Shown here in pieces: positions 36,371-44,821 of a DNA stretch of 64,000 nt. Source of the DNA: Candidatus Kapaibacterium sp. (lineage in GTDB: Bacteria; Bacteroidota; Ignavibacteria; Kapaibacteriales; UBA2268). Below the pieces are notes generated by a model that was not told the origin of the DNA, did no database searches, and saw only the letters and a list, made by a program, of their open reading frames with translations. A program made the translations under genes and the position numbers. How positions within the stretch are numbered: position 1 is the first letter of the stretch; the number at the start of each line of letters is the position of its first letter. The stretch spans positions 1,108,149-1,172,148 of the forward strand of contig JAVSMQ010000001.1 in NCBI GenBank assembly GCA_032027125.1, read 5' to 3'.

Positions 36371-37693
36371 ATGAGTTATAACAGGTTGATACACGACTAC
36401 CTCGACGGGGAACTCGACCAAACGAGTGAAGATGCTCTCTTTGCTCATTTGTCGGGAAGTACTGAATTGAGGTCAGAGTTTAATCAGCAGATTAAACTTC
36501 ACAATATGGCAGGTATGGATATGAAAAGAATAACCGTACCGGCTGAACTGACAGGTGCCGTTTTTTCACATTTAGGGTTCGCTGCTGCAAATTCTTCCGG
36601 TGCATTGATGTTTGACACAGCTAATGTTTCCGGTTCGGGTCTGATGGGTTTTACACGCAGATATTTCGGTTTCATACTTCTTTTATTATTCCTTTTCTCA
36701 GCAGGTTCTTCATTATATCTGATGAATGAAAACAGTGCTTTGAAAGGCTTACTCGGTTCTGTTACATCCGGTAAATCAAATATTCCGGTTATGGAATCCT
36801 ACGAAAGGAGTCAAATTAATCCATCAAAAGCCTTTACCGGCTCAGAAGATATTCCTCAGGTATTAAATTCGAGCTCTAATGAAGATATTCAAAAACATAA
36901 TCAAGGAAACATATCCAATGGTAATTCATATACAAGCGGTAAATTAGGAAGTTCAGGCTCTGCAGCAAATCTAATGGCTGATAATAATGAGAATGAAAAG
37001 TCAGACATTGCGAATAATGCAGATTTAGGACCAAATAATTCATTAAACAGATATTTAGTTATAAATTCAAATCCTTATAGTGCTGATTATAACGAAAATT
37101 CTTATTTAAAGAATCGCGTTTCTGCCGGAGATAATTCATTTAGAAGTGGTTTCTCGTCCAATTCAGGTATGGATGGTTTTATCTATGACGGTACTAATTT
37201 ATCTGATTTAAATCTGCCCAAATGGAGTATTCAAATAAGGCGAATGAATTCTCATACAAATTATCCGCCAGTTTCGGTTGGAAATGAAAGCAATATATTT
37301 AATGATAATTCCTTTTCAGTTTGGTATCACTACCTGCCTGATGTTTCTTTTGGTATCGAAACAGGAATTGAACCTATTGCTCAGGAGTTTTCGTATAACA
37401 ATAGCAACTATTCTCAAACTCCAAATTTCTTGTGGGCAGGTTTGTCGTTGAGATATAATCCGAATGAACTGCTGTTACCATATACAATGAATCCTTATGG
37501 AGCAGGCACAGTTGCATTTACAGCAATTGGTCCTTTATTGAAATTACAGGGAGGACTAACTTTTAATGTATCAAATCCTTTATCATTTTTCGTAGGAGCG
37601 GAATACGGAATGTTGATTTATAATGTAGGAGGTAATTTATATAGTTCTGGGAAAATAGGGTATACTGGAGGCATCAATATAAATTTGCGTTAA
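36371..37693 (+). CDS. Putative anti-sigma factor cognate to the ECF sigma (N-terminal cytoplasmic anti-sigma domain, one TM, large Asn/Ser-rich extracytoplasmic domain).
   Basis: N-terminus MSYNRLIHDYLDGELDQTSEDALFAHLSGSTELRSEFNQQ is a typical anti-sigma N-terminal domain. TM YFGFILLLLFLFSAGSSLYL at ~aa 98-118. Located immediately downstream of the ECF sigma. Confidence 0.6.
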   Translation: MSYNRLIHDYLDGELDQTSEDALFAHLSGSTELRSEFNQQIKLHNMAGMDMKRITVPAELTGAVFSHLGFAAANSSGALMFDTANVSGSGLMGFTRRYFGFILLLLFLFSAGSSLYLMNENSALKGLLGSVTSGKSNIPVMESYERSQINPSKAFTGSEDIPQVLNSSSNEDIQKHNQGNISNGNSYTSGKLGSSGSAANLMADNNENEKSDIANNADLGPNNSLNRYLVINSNPYSADYNENSYLKNRVSAGDNSFRSGFSSNSGMDGFIYDGTNLSDLNLPKWSIQIRRMNSHTNYPPVSVGNESNIFNDNSFSVWYHYLPDVSFGIETGIEPIAQEFSYNNSNYSQTPNFLWAGLSLRYNPNELLLPYTMNPYGAGTVAFTAIGPLLKLQGGLTFNVSNPLSFFVGAEYGMLIYNVGGNLYSSGKIGYTGGININLR

Positions 37694-37716
37694 ATCAATA
37701 TTCTTCCGTACAGGAC

Positions 37717-37768
37717 TCTCAACCCAAAAAACTTTGTTAAAAAGTTTAAGGTTGAGAGTTTTTTTTTG
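37717..37768 (+). terminator. Rho-independent terminator after the sigma/anti-sigma operon.
   Basis: ctctcaacc...ggttgagag stem enclosing an inner aaacttt-gttaa-aaagttt hairpin, followed by a T9 run. Confidence 0.75.
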
Positions 37769-37836
37769 AAAGTATAAATGATTTTGGATATTTATACCAA
37801 GTTGCTTTCAGAAGTAAAACAAAGGCAAATTAACCA

Positions 37837-37870
37837 CTCCTAACCCCTCCTTGGCAAGGAGGGGGACAAG
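37837..37870. repeat. Member of the G/C-rich hairpin repeat family (ctaacccctcctt-ggc-aaggagggg).
   Basis: ctcctaacccctccttggcaaggagggggacaag. Same core as 29554-29590 and related to 15032-15096. Confidence 0.6.
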
Positions 37871-38104
37871 CAATTGATATATAACGATTTGCGTTCCTCC
37901 CATTACCATGTGGAGATGTCGCGAAGCGATAGAGGGGTATTATATCTTTGAAATCAACTTAGTATTAGAGATATCCAAAGTACTTTTTATTTACTTCATA
38001 GATAGTAAGTTCAAGTAAAAATATCTTTCCTCATCTAAAATATTTAACAGTCATATACTTGTTATCAAATTTATTAGGTTTGTTTTAATAACAATAAGTA
38101 TTTT

Positions 38105-38923
38105 ATGACTGATATACAACTCGAAAAGTATCTAATCAAGCCCGGCAATAAAGTGAATCTGAATAAAACAGATGCCAATGAATTTAAAACATACAGCGGA
38201 ACTAAAGAAACTGCAATAGAAGAAGTCAGGTTATTAAACCAGCAGCTTGATGAATTACAAAAAACTCAGCATGGCGAAAAAAAGCATAAGATATTAATCG
38301 TGTTTCAGGGGATGGATGCAAGCGGTAAGGACGGAGCAATCCGGAATGTTTTCCATAGTGTCAATCCGAGCGGAGTTTATGTTGCTCATTTTGGTGCTCC
38401 TTCACGTATGGAACTTTCGCACGATTTTTTGTGGAGAATACACAAAAAAGTACCTGCAAACGGAGAAATGGTCATATTCAACCGAAGTCATTATGAAGAT
38501 GTTCTGATTGTACGTGTTCAAAATCTAAAAAACAGCAAGGTGTGGCAGAACAGGTTTGACCATATTGTAAATTTCGAAAAAATGCTGTACGATGAAGGTA
38601 CAAGTATATTTAAGTTTTATCTGCATATCAGTAATGACGAGCAAAAAAGAAGGCTGCAGGAGAGAGTTGATAACCCCGATAAACACTGGAAAATTGACCC
38701 CAATGATTTCAAAGACCGCCAGCTATGGAATGAATACATCGAAGCATACAACGATGTATTAAATCTCACACACCGCAAATGGGCGCCCTGGTATATTATA
38801 CCATCCAACAAAAAATGGTACCGCGATTTAATCATTTCGAATATTCTGGTTAGGGAATTATCAAAAATGAAAATGAAATATCCAAAACCAAAGCAGGATT
38901 ATTCAGGAATTATAGTTAAATAA
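38105..38923 (+). CDS. ppk2: Polyphosphate kinase 2 family protein (polyphosphate:nucleotide phosphotransferase).
   Basis: Walker A ILIVFQGMDASGKDGAIRNV, and PPK2 family motifs VAHFGAPS, LWRIHKKVPANGEMVIFNRSHYEDVLIVRV and WYIIPSNKKW; 272 aa. Confidence 0.85.
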   Translation: MTDIQLEKYLIKPGNKVNLNKTDANEFKTYSGTKETAIEEVRLLNQQLDELQKTQHGEKKHKILIVFQGMDASGKDGAIRNVFHSVNPSGVYVAHFGAPSRMELSHDFLWRIHKKVPANGEMVIFNRSHYEDVLIVRVQNLKNSKVWQNRFDHIVNFEKMLYDEGTSIFKFYLHISNDEQKRRLQERVDNPDKHWKIDPNDFKDRQLWNEYIEAYNDVLNLTHRKWAPWYIIPSNKKWYRDLIISNILVRELSKMKMKYPKPKQDYSGIIVK

Positions 38924-39230
38924 AAGATTTTATAACATTATAGATTCTGCGTTCGGCTACAAATTTTCCATCAAATCGGGCAGCGACATCGTTTCTTAAT
39001 GAATTGGAAAATTCTTTGAGATATTTATCCATTTTAACTGAATCCAGCAAACGATAATCAACTCTGAAACGGACTTTCCCTATCTCCGGTGATTCATTTT
39101 CACGCATAAAGACATATCCTGTAAAGCATCCTGTCTTCATTACATCTATAATATGTTGATTGTTCATAAAATCTACCCATTCCTTCTCAGTTTCATTTTT
39201 CAAAGTAATAAATACACTGTATATTACCAT
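38916..39230 (-). CDS. Small conserved hypothetical cytoplasmic protein (104 aa), possibly a DUF4286-like alpha+beta fold.
   Basis: No TM or signal. Overlaps the ppk2 stop by 8 nt on the opposite strand. Start is adjacent (TAAATG-type spacing) to the upstream membrane-protein gene. Confidence 0.4.
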   Translation of the reverse strand: MVIYSVFITLKNETEKEWVDFMNNQHIIDVMKTGCFTGYVFMRENESPEIGKVRFRVDYRLLDSVKMDKYLKEFSNSLRNDVAARFDGKFVAERRIYNVIKSFI

Positions 39231-39231
39231 T

Positions 39232-40218
39232 TCAAAATTCCTTTCTATAATATAATAAAATAATTACGAGATTAATTATTAGCGGTGTCCAAAGCCTGAT
39301 TTCATAAGTAATTCCGCCACATAAAGATACTAATATGTATGGCATGCTGAACAGCAAATAATTTGTAAGAGTTTTCCTGATATCAGATTTTCCGACAAAA
39401 TAATATACTAAATAAATACTGAAGATACCTGAGAAAATGCCGAATAAATTTAATGGTGATATTAGATTAAGATGCAATGTAAACTTGTTTAAGAATCCGG
39501 AATCAAAACCGAGAAACAGCCTTAAACCAAAATATGTAATTAGAAAAGCAGCCGCAGGTAATAGAATTTCTTTGACAGATTCAAATATATTTTTCTTTTC
39601 AGTGAAATTTAAAGCAAGCATAAATGAAATTGCAAGAGCCGATGTTTCGCGGTTAAGTGTAGCCAGTACAATCGTTAACAACATAGCAGACATTAAAAGA
39701 ATAGATTTTTGACTTTTTTGACTTAGAAACAAATATATAATCAAATTGTTAAAGAAAAAGGAAGTATAATCATAAGGTACAAGAACATACTGAAACATTG
39801 ATACCCCAAGCACATAAAACAAAACTGCAAGTATAGATTTGTTTATATTACCTACAAAGAAAAACTTGATTGAAATAAGATAAAATATCCAAACTCCCAG
39901 AATCGAAAAGACAGAATTGATTATAAAATATGAAAAATAAAAACTCAAAGTACCTTTGCTATCCATGAATCGGACATTACGCGAAAGCATATTATCCATC
40001 CGGTTAAGACCGGTATGAGACATAATATTATCAGTTTCCAATAGTAAATATTTACTTAATATTCTATATTTATAAATTCCTGAGTCATACTGGCTGCTGA
40101 AGGTTTCCGTTGAGAATACTCCTTCCGTATAACCCGATATGTAACCAAAATGTGTAACAACACTTATAATCAGTGGTAAAAATATAATAATCAGAATAAC
40201 ATTAAGTTTTTGTTTCAT
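39232..40218 (-). CDS. Hypothetical polytopic membrane protein (~9-10 TM).
   Basis: Hydrophobic helices throughout (e.g. LNVILIIIFLPLIISVVTHFGY, ILAVLFYVLGVSMFQYVLVPY). No recognisable catalytic motif. Could be a glycosyl/lipid transferase-like membrane protein. Confidence 0.45.
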   Translation of the reverse strand: MKQKLNVILIIIFLPLIISVVTHFGYISGYTEGVFSTETFSSQYDSGIYKYRILSKYLLLETDNIMSHTGLNRMDNMLSRNVRFMDSKGTLSFYFSYFIINSVFSILGVWIFYLISIKFFFVGNINKSILAVLFYVLGVSMFQYVLVPYDYTSFFFNNLIIYLFLSQKSQKSILLMSAMLLTIVLATLNRETSALAISFMLALNFTEKKNIFESVKEILLPAAAFLITYFGLRLFLGFDSGFLNKFTLHLNLISPLNLFGIFSGIFSIYLVYYFVGKSDIRKTLTNYLLFSMPYILVSLCGGITYEIRLWTPLIINLVIILLYYRKEF

Positions 40219-40768
40219 AGTTTTTATTGTTTAGTTAAATACCATTTTTCAAAATCCTTTACAATAAGGAAATTCATTTTTAAGAATAATCTGTATTTTG
40301 GTATATATGACTTATCAATTGTAATATTTTAACTTCACACATCTATCACACAATGCTATAATACTCAAAAGTAAATAATAATTAGCAATTATTATAATTA
40401 TTATTTGCAAATCGGAATGGGGTTTACCAAATGGTTGTTGGTGTATGACATTTTTTCATAAAATGTCATTTTTACAAAAAAAGAATAGGTTGTACCCCAC
40501 TTTCTTTTAAATAATTTCGGATTATAATAATTTAATTTGTTTTTATTTCCAATAAAATATATTTTTATATATTAATGGAAATGAAACAACAACTTTTAAA
40601 ATCAACGGCTGAAATAAATCTAAAGGAAATGGCTGATGATGTTTTACCTTTTTTGTTTTCTCCGTCTGATGCCGGTAGGATTGTGAGTTTTAATCATTAT
40701 ATTTCGCAAGTGTTATAAAATATTACAATTCTATTATCGGTATTCATCTCCGAAAATAAGTAAAAATT

Positions 40769-40808
40769 AGAAGTCCTGCAAAATACAATTAAATTTTGCA
40801 GGACTTCT
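40769..40808 (-). terminator. Rho-independent terminator at the end of the minus-strand cox/act transcription unit.
   Basis: Perfect 16-bp stem AGAAGTCCTGCAAAAT-acaattaa-ATTTTGCAGGACTTCT, immediately 3' of the 40833..42236 gene on the minus strand. Confidence 0.75.
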
Positions 40809-40832
40809 AATTAAAGTAAAAAACTAATATTC

Positions 40833-42236
40833 TTATTTTTTTGTTCCGGCGGCTGTTGAATCTTTTGGTGCTGCAGCATCCTGCTTAACCTCTCCGTATT
40901 TTTCGAGCATATAATCCACTACAGCAGAAATTTCGGCAGGTGTCAAGCCCTGATTTGGCATAGGCGACCATTTGGGATTAACTGCAACAGGATTTGAAAC
41001 AAATTTTACAAGGGCAGCATTTGGGTCAGATTGAGACAAATATTTGCCGATAATATTTTTGTGTGCCGGAGCCGTCGGTGAATCTTCATTCCCGTGACAA
41101 GCCGCACATCTGTTATATATATCCGCACCATTTACAGCTACAGGTGCTACACCCATTGAAGCAAGAAATTCTTCCTTATGTTTATTATACTCTTCGTTCA
41201 AAACCAAAACATGGTCATGATTTGAAACACTAAATGCTAATTTTTCTTTAACTGCAAGCAGAGAAATCGCTAAAAGAAAAATGAAAAAGGCATATCTTAT
41301 CAGTCCGGTTGTGTTATTTTTTAATATGCCGTAAATCTGGTGCAGCACAATGAACAATGCAATAATTCCAAACAAACTGATTATGAAAAACATAGAACTG
41401 ATTGAAGACTTTGGGGTAGTAAATATACCTATTAAATAAAATGCCGGCAGTATCAATACTGTAATCAGAGCAATCCAAAGATTCAGATTTTTTGCATAAG
41501 CGGAATATTCAACGGGGTCGTGATTAATATCCGCTTCCCAAAAATACTTTCTGAAAACGAATGTAATAGAAGCCAATGCAATTGAAACAGTAAGAAACTG
41601 GAAAAACGCAAATAATGTCCGTGGAGAAATCAATAAAGTTAAAATATTGCTTGTGTCCCAACCGGCTTTGTCGCCTGAAAGTGAAATTGCACCAACGAAA
41701 AACCACATAGCAAATGTCATAAGAATGATACCCCAAGCACCGGAGGAATTTTTCTGGCTGCTTGCATTTTGGTTTATTTCATCAATCTCAGCGACAGTGG
41801 AGTCAGGCACTTTTCCGGTAATTTGGTCTTTTATATTTCCAAAAATACTGCTTAAATGAAGTGAACTTTTATAGTTAAACAAAGTCATCATACCTGCAAT
41901 ATAAAAAATCAGGGAAATAGCAAGATAAAACACGACTCCGGAATCGGTTTTATGCAAAAGCTGGGCATAAATGAAAATTATTGAAAGGAATGAACCAACT
42001 CCCAAACCATAACCGTACGACCTTTTATCGGTTGCAATATCGGCATAATCCTTTGTCAGATAAGAGAAATTATTATAACCTTTTGATTTGCCTTTGAAAT
42101 AAACCGATAAAATCATACTTCCGTACAATGCTCCGGTATATATAAAAAATATGGAAAGTCCCAGCATCAGGAAATAGTTTAATAATACTAAATTGTATTC
42201 AGGCTGCGGTATAACTAACTTGTCCAAAAATTCCAT
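40833..42236 (-). CDS. Polytopic membrane protein (~8 TM) fused to a C-terminal class I monoheme cytochrome c domain. Function unknown; last gene of the aa3-oxidase cluster.
   Basis: N-terminal 340 aa is hydrophobic with multiple helices. C-terminal domain ...NRCAACHGNEDSPTAPAHKNIIGKY...KWSPMPNQGLTPAEISAVVDYM has CxxCH plus a distal Met (MPN) as in class I cytochromes c. Confidence 0.65.
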   Translation of the reverse strand: MEFLDKLVIPQPEYNLVLLNYFLMLGLSIFFIYTGALYGSMILSVYFKGKSKGYNNFSYLTKDYADIATDKRSYGYGLGVGSFLSIIFIYAQLLHKTDSGVVFYLAISLIFYIAGMMTLFNYKSSLHLSSIFGNIKDQITGKVPDSTVAEIDEINQNASSQKNSSGAWGIILMTFAMWFFVGAISLSGDKAGWDTSNILTLLISPRTLFAFFQFLTVSIALASITFVFRKYFWEADINHDPVEYSAYAKNLNLWIALITVLILPAFYLIGIFTTPKSSISSMFFIISLFGIIALFIVLHQIYGILKNNTTGLIRYAFFIFLLAISLLAVKEKLAFSVSNHDHVLVLNEEYNKHKEEFLASMGVAPVAVNGADIYNRCAACHGNEDSPTAPAHKNIIGKYLSQSDPNAALVKFVSNPVAVNPKWSPMPNQGLTPAEISAVVDYMLEKYGEVKQDAAAPKDSTAAGTKK

Positions 42237-42268
42237 ATTATTTAGCCTCTCTCTGTAATTTTGATTTC

Positions 42269-43141
42269 TTAGTAAACAAATTGGTCAATAGATAATAAAG
42301 TAACTACTACCAGTACATATAAATTGATATCTAAAAATGCAAGTTTGAAATTGAATCTGCGGTCGAAACCGGCAACTAAAGACTTAGCTCTCCATACCAA
42401 AACAAAACCTGCAAAAAGCAGCAGCAGATTTGTAAGAGTGTTATGAGTGAGACCGAAAAGCGGTATTAACATACAGCTTGCGGCAAGTGCTGCAACCCAT
42501 ACATAAGTAATGCGTTTAAGCTGCTCTTCATTAAAATATTTACTCAGGGTAGGAAATCCTGCTCTTTGGTAATCCACATCATACAAAAGTAATAAGAACC
42601 AGAAATGAGGAATCTGCCAGACAAAGAAAAACATAGCCAGTACAAACAATTGCGGGTCTGCAATACTACCGCCTGCAGCCACCCAGCCAATTGCAGGAGG
42701 CAATGCACCTACCAATGCGCCAGGCATAATTGCAAAAGCTGAAACTCTTTTAAGCGGAGTATATATCACATTATAAGATATTAACGCACCGATTCCAAGC
42801 AGGAAGGCATTGAAATTCGAGAATTGGAGTATAAGAACAAGTCCTGTCGAAACCATGATAAGTATTGCCGACAAAGCAAACTGTTTTGATATTTTTGCTG
42901 TCGGGAGGGGACGGTTTTTTGTCCTTACCATCATTGAATCAGTTGATATTTCCTGATAATGATTTAGTGCAGCCGACCCGCAGGATAGAATAAATATTCC
43001 CAGAAGAACAGGCACAACACTCCATTCAATTCCGTTGCCTGCCTGAATATATCCAACCAAGCCGGAGATAGCAACAAAGAAAGTAATCCTGACTTTTGAC
43101 AGTTCCAAAATTGCATCAATATATAACTTTATGTTCTTCAA
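42269..43141 (-). CDS. ctaB: Protoheme IX farnesyltransferase (heme O synthase), UbiA prenyltransferase family.
   Basis: 290 aa, ~8 TM. UbiA-type Asp-rich region (NHYQEISTDSMMVRTKNRPLPT) and a second conserved loop (YDVDYQRAGFPT). Sits directly downstream of coxB. Confidence 0.8.
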   Translation of the reverse strand: MKNIKLYIDAILELSKVRITFFVAISGLVGYIQAGNGIEWSVVPVLLGIFILSCGSAALNHYQEISTDSMMVRTKNRPLPTAKISKQFALSAILIMVSTGLVLILQFSNFNAFLLGIGALISYNVIYTPLKRVSAFAIMPGALVGALPPAIGWVAAGGSIADPQLFVLAMFFFVWQIPHFWFLLLLYDVDYQRAGFPTLSKYFNEEQLKRITYVWVAALAASCMLIPLFGLTHNTLTNLLLLFAGFVLVWRAKSLVAGFDRRFNFKLAFLDINLYVLVVVTLLSIDQFVY

Positions 43142-43167
43142 CTAAATTCTTTAAAATATTAAATAAA

Positions 43168-43821
43168 TTATTTCTTAACTGTACTGTCTTTTACTGTGGG
43201 TATAGCTGCAGGTGCTTCCATACCTTCATTCAACCATTTATCAAAAGCGTAATCCTCAATGACATGAAGTTTTGTGTACATATTGGAGTGGTTTAATCCG
43301 CAATATTCAGCACAGGTTATGTCATAAACACCAGTAGTTTTCGGAGTCAGCATAAGGAAATGATTCTTCCCGCCGATTACGTCTTCCTTAAGTCTGAAAG
43401 CCGGCACATAGAAGCTGTGATTAACATCCCTTGACGTAAGAATTAGTTTTGTCTTTTTAGTTAAAGGAATATACAGGGTATCTGTCTTCTTGCCATTCGG
43501 ATATTCGAAATTCCAACCCCACATAAAAGCATAAACCTTGACTTCGTACGCGTCACCAACATCAGCCCTGAGTTTTTGATAACCTTCATAACCATACCAG
43601 AACATAATAATAACCAAAATAGTCGGGATGACAATCCAAATAATTTCAAGTATAACATTACCATGTATTTGTTCGGCAACAGGATGTCTTTTCCTGTTAT
43701 AGCGGAACACGAAGTAAATCATTGCAAAAGTAATTCCCAGCAAAAGAACAACTGAAATGCCGACTATGATAATCATTACCATGTCAACTGAATCGGCGTA
43801 ATTGGATGCTGAATTAAACAT
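43168..43821 (-). CDS. coxB: Cytochrome c oxidase subunit II, short form lacking a fused cytochrome c domain.
   Basis: Two N-terminal TM helices. Cupredoxin domain with the CuA motif H..(x)..CAEYCGLNHSNM (CxExCGxxHxxM). 217 aa; ends without any CxxCH. Confidence 0.85.
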   Translation of the reverse strand: MFNSASNYADSVDMVMIIIVGISVVLLLGITFAMIYFVFRYNRKRHPVAEQIHGNVILEIIWIVIPTILVIIMFWYGYEGYQKLRADVGDAYEVKVYAFMWGWNFEYPNGKKTDTLYIPLTKKTKLILTSRDVNHSFYVPAFRLKEDVIGGKNHFLMLTPKTTGVYDITCAEYCGLNHSNMYTKLHVIEDYAFDKWLNEGMEAPAAIPTVKDSTVKK

Positions 43822-43830
43822 TTTCTATCC

Positions 43831-44157
43831 TCATCTGTAAAATACGTCAAAACCTGTCAAAACAAACACCACCAGCAGGACGAGTATGACAAGTATCAGA
43901 AAAATTTTGAACAACAAGTCATCAAATTTAATGTGCATAAAGTAGTTGATTACAAATGAGCTTTTGACTGCTGCAATCAACATAGCAACAAACAGAGTAT
44001 ATTCACCGAGGTCAATACCTGCTACAGAAACCGTCATAACTGTAAGTGAAATTAGAATAAGCCAAATCATAATATTCAATCCGTAGCGGGGATTGTGTGC
44101 ATGGGCAATCTTGCCGTCGTCGGTATGCAAGCCGTGATTGTTAGCGTGTTCGGTCAT
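43831..44157 (-). CDS. Small membrane subunit of the aa3-type oxidase (subunit IV, CoxD-like).
   Basis: 108 aa, three hydrophobic helices, His-rich N-terminus. Lies between coxC and coxB as for caa3/aa3 subunit IV genes. Confidence 0.55.
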   Translation of the reverse strand: MTEHANNHGLHTDDGKIAHAHNPRYGLNIMIWLILISLTVMTVSVAGIDLGEYTLFVAMLIAAVKSSFVINYFMHIKFDDLLFKIFLILVILVLLVVFVLTGFDVFYR

Positions 44158-44167
44158 TTCCAGCCTT

Positions 44168-44821
44168 TTAATGTAACAAGTAAAATAATGGGAATAGGAA
44201 TATCCAGATTAAATCCACGAGATGCCAGTAAAGTCCGGCATTCTCAAGCGGAACAAATCTATCAGGACGAATATTTTTACGTTTTATCTGGAGCAGCATA
44301 ACTGTAAGAAGTACAACTCCTACAATTACATGAAATCCGTGAAGTCCGGTCATTGTATAATACAATCCGAAGAATATAATTTCACCCTTGGACTTTTCCA
44401 TCAAACCGGGTCCTTTTGGATAAATACCATGTGCAAATTTCTCGGACCATTCAAAATACTTTATAACCATAAAACCAAGTGCAAGAACTATCGTCGAAAT
44501 CAACCAGAACATGGATGCTCTGATATGTTTTTTCTGAAGTGCAACAATTGCCAAAACCATAGTAAGACTTGATGTAAGAAGTACTAAAGTATTTGTACCG
44601 CCCATATAAACTTTGAGTTCTTTGGCAGCCATCTTAAATTCCTGAATGTATTCAACCCTGTACGCCATATAGAGGATGAAAAGTCCGCCAAATAATAGTA
44701 ATTCGGTAAAAAGAAACAACCACATTCCAAGCTTAGCGCCGTAGTCGTCACGGTGGACGTGTACATGTTCGCCTGCCGGGTGTACTGTTTCAACAGTATT
44801 TGCTGAATTATTACTTGCCAT
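44168..44821 (-). CDS. coxC: Cytochrome c oxidase subunit III (5-TM short form).
   Basis: HVHVHRDDYGAKLGMWLFLFTELLLFGGLF and C-terminal HLVDLIWIFLFPLFYLL are subunit III signatures. Confidence 0.8.
   Translation of the reverse strand: MASNNSANTVETVHPAGEHVHVHRDDYGAKLGMWLFLFTELLLFGGLFILYMAYRVEYIQEFKMAAKELKVYMGGTNTLVLLTSSLTMVLAIVALQKKHIRASMFWLISTIVLALGFMVIKYFEWSEKFAHGIYPKGPGLMEKSKGEIIFFGLYYTMTGLHGFHVIVGVVLLTVMLLQIKRKNIRPDRFVPLENAGLYWHLVDLIWIFLFPLFYLLH

Noticed and set aside
38316-38835. ORFs overlapping ppk2 on alternative frame or strand (38316-38507 +, 38617-38835 -).
   Set aside because: Shadow ORFs within a well-supported PPK2 gene.
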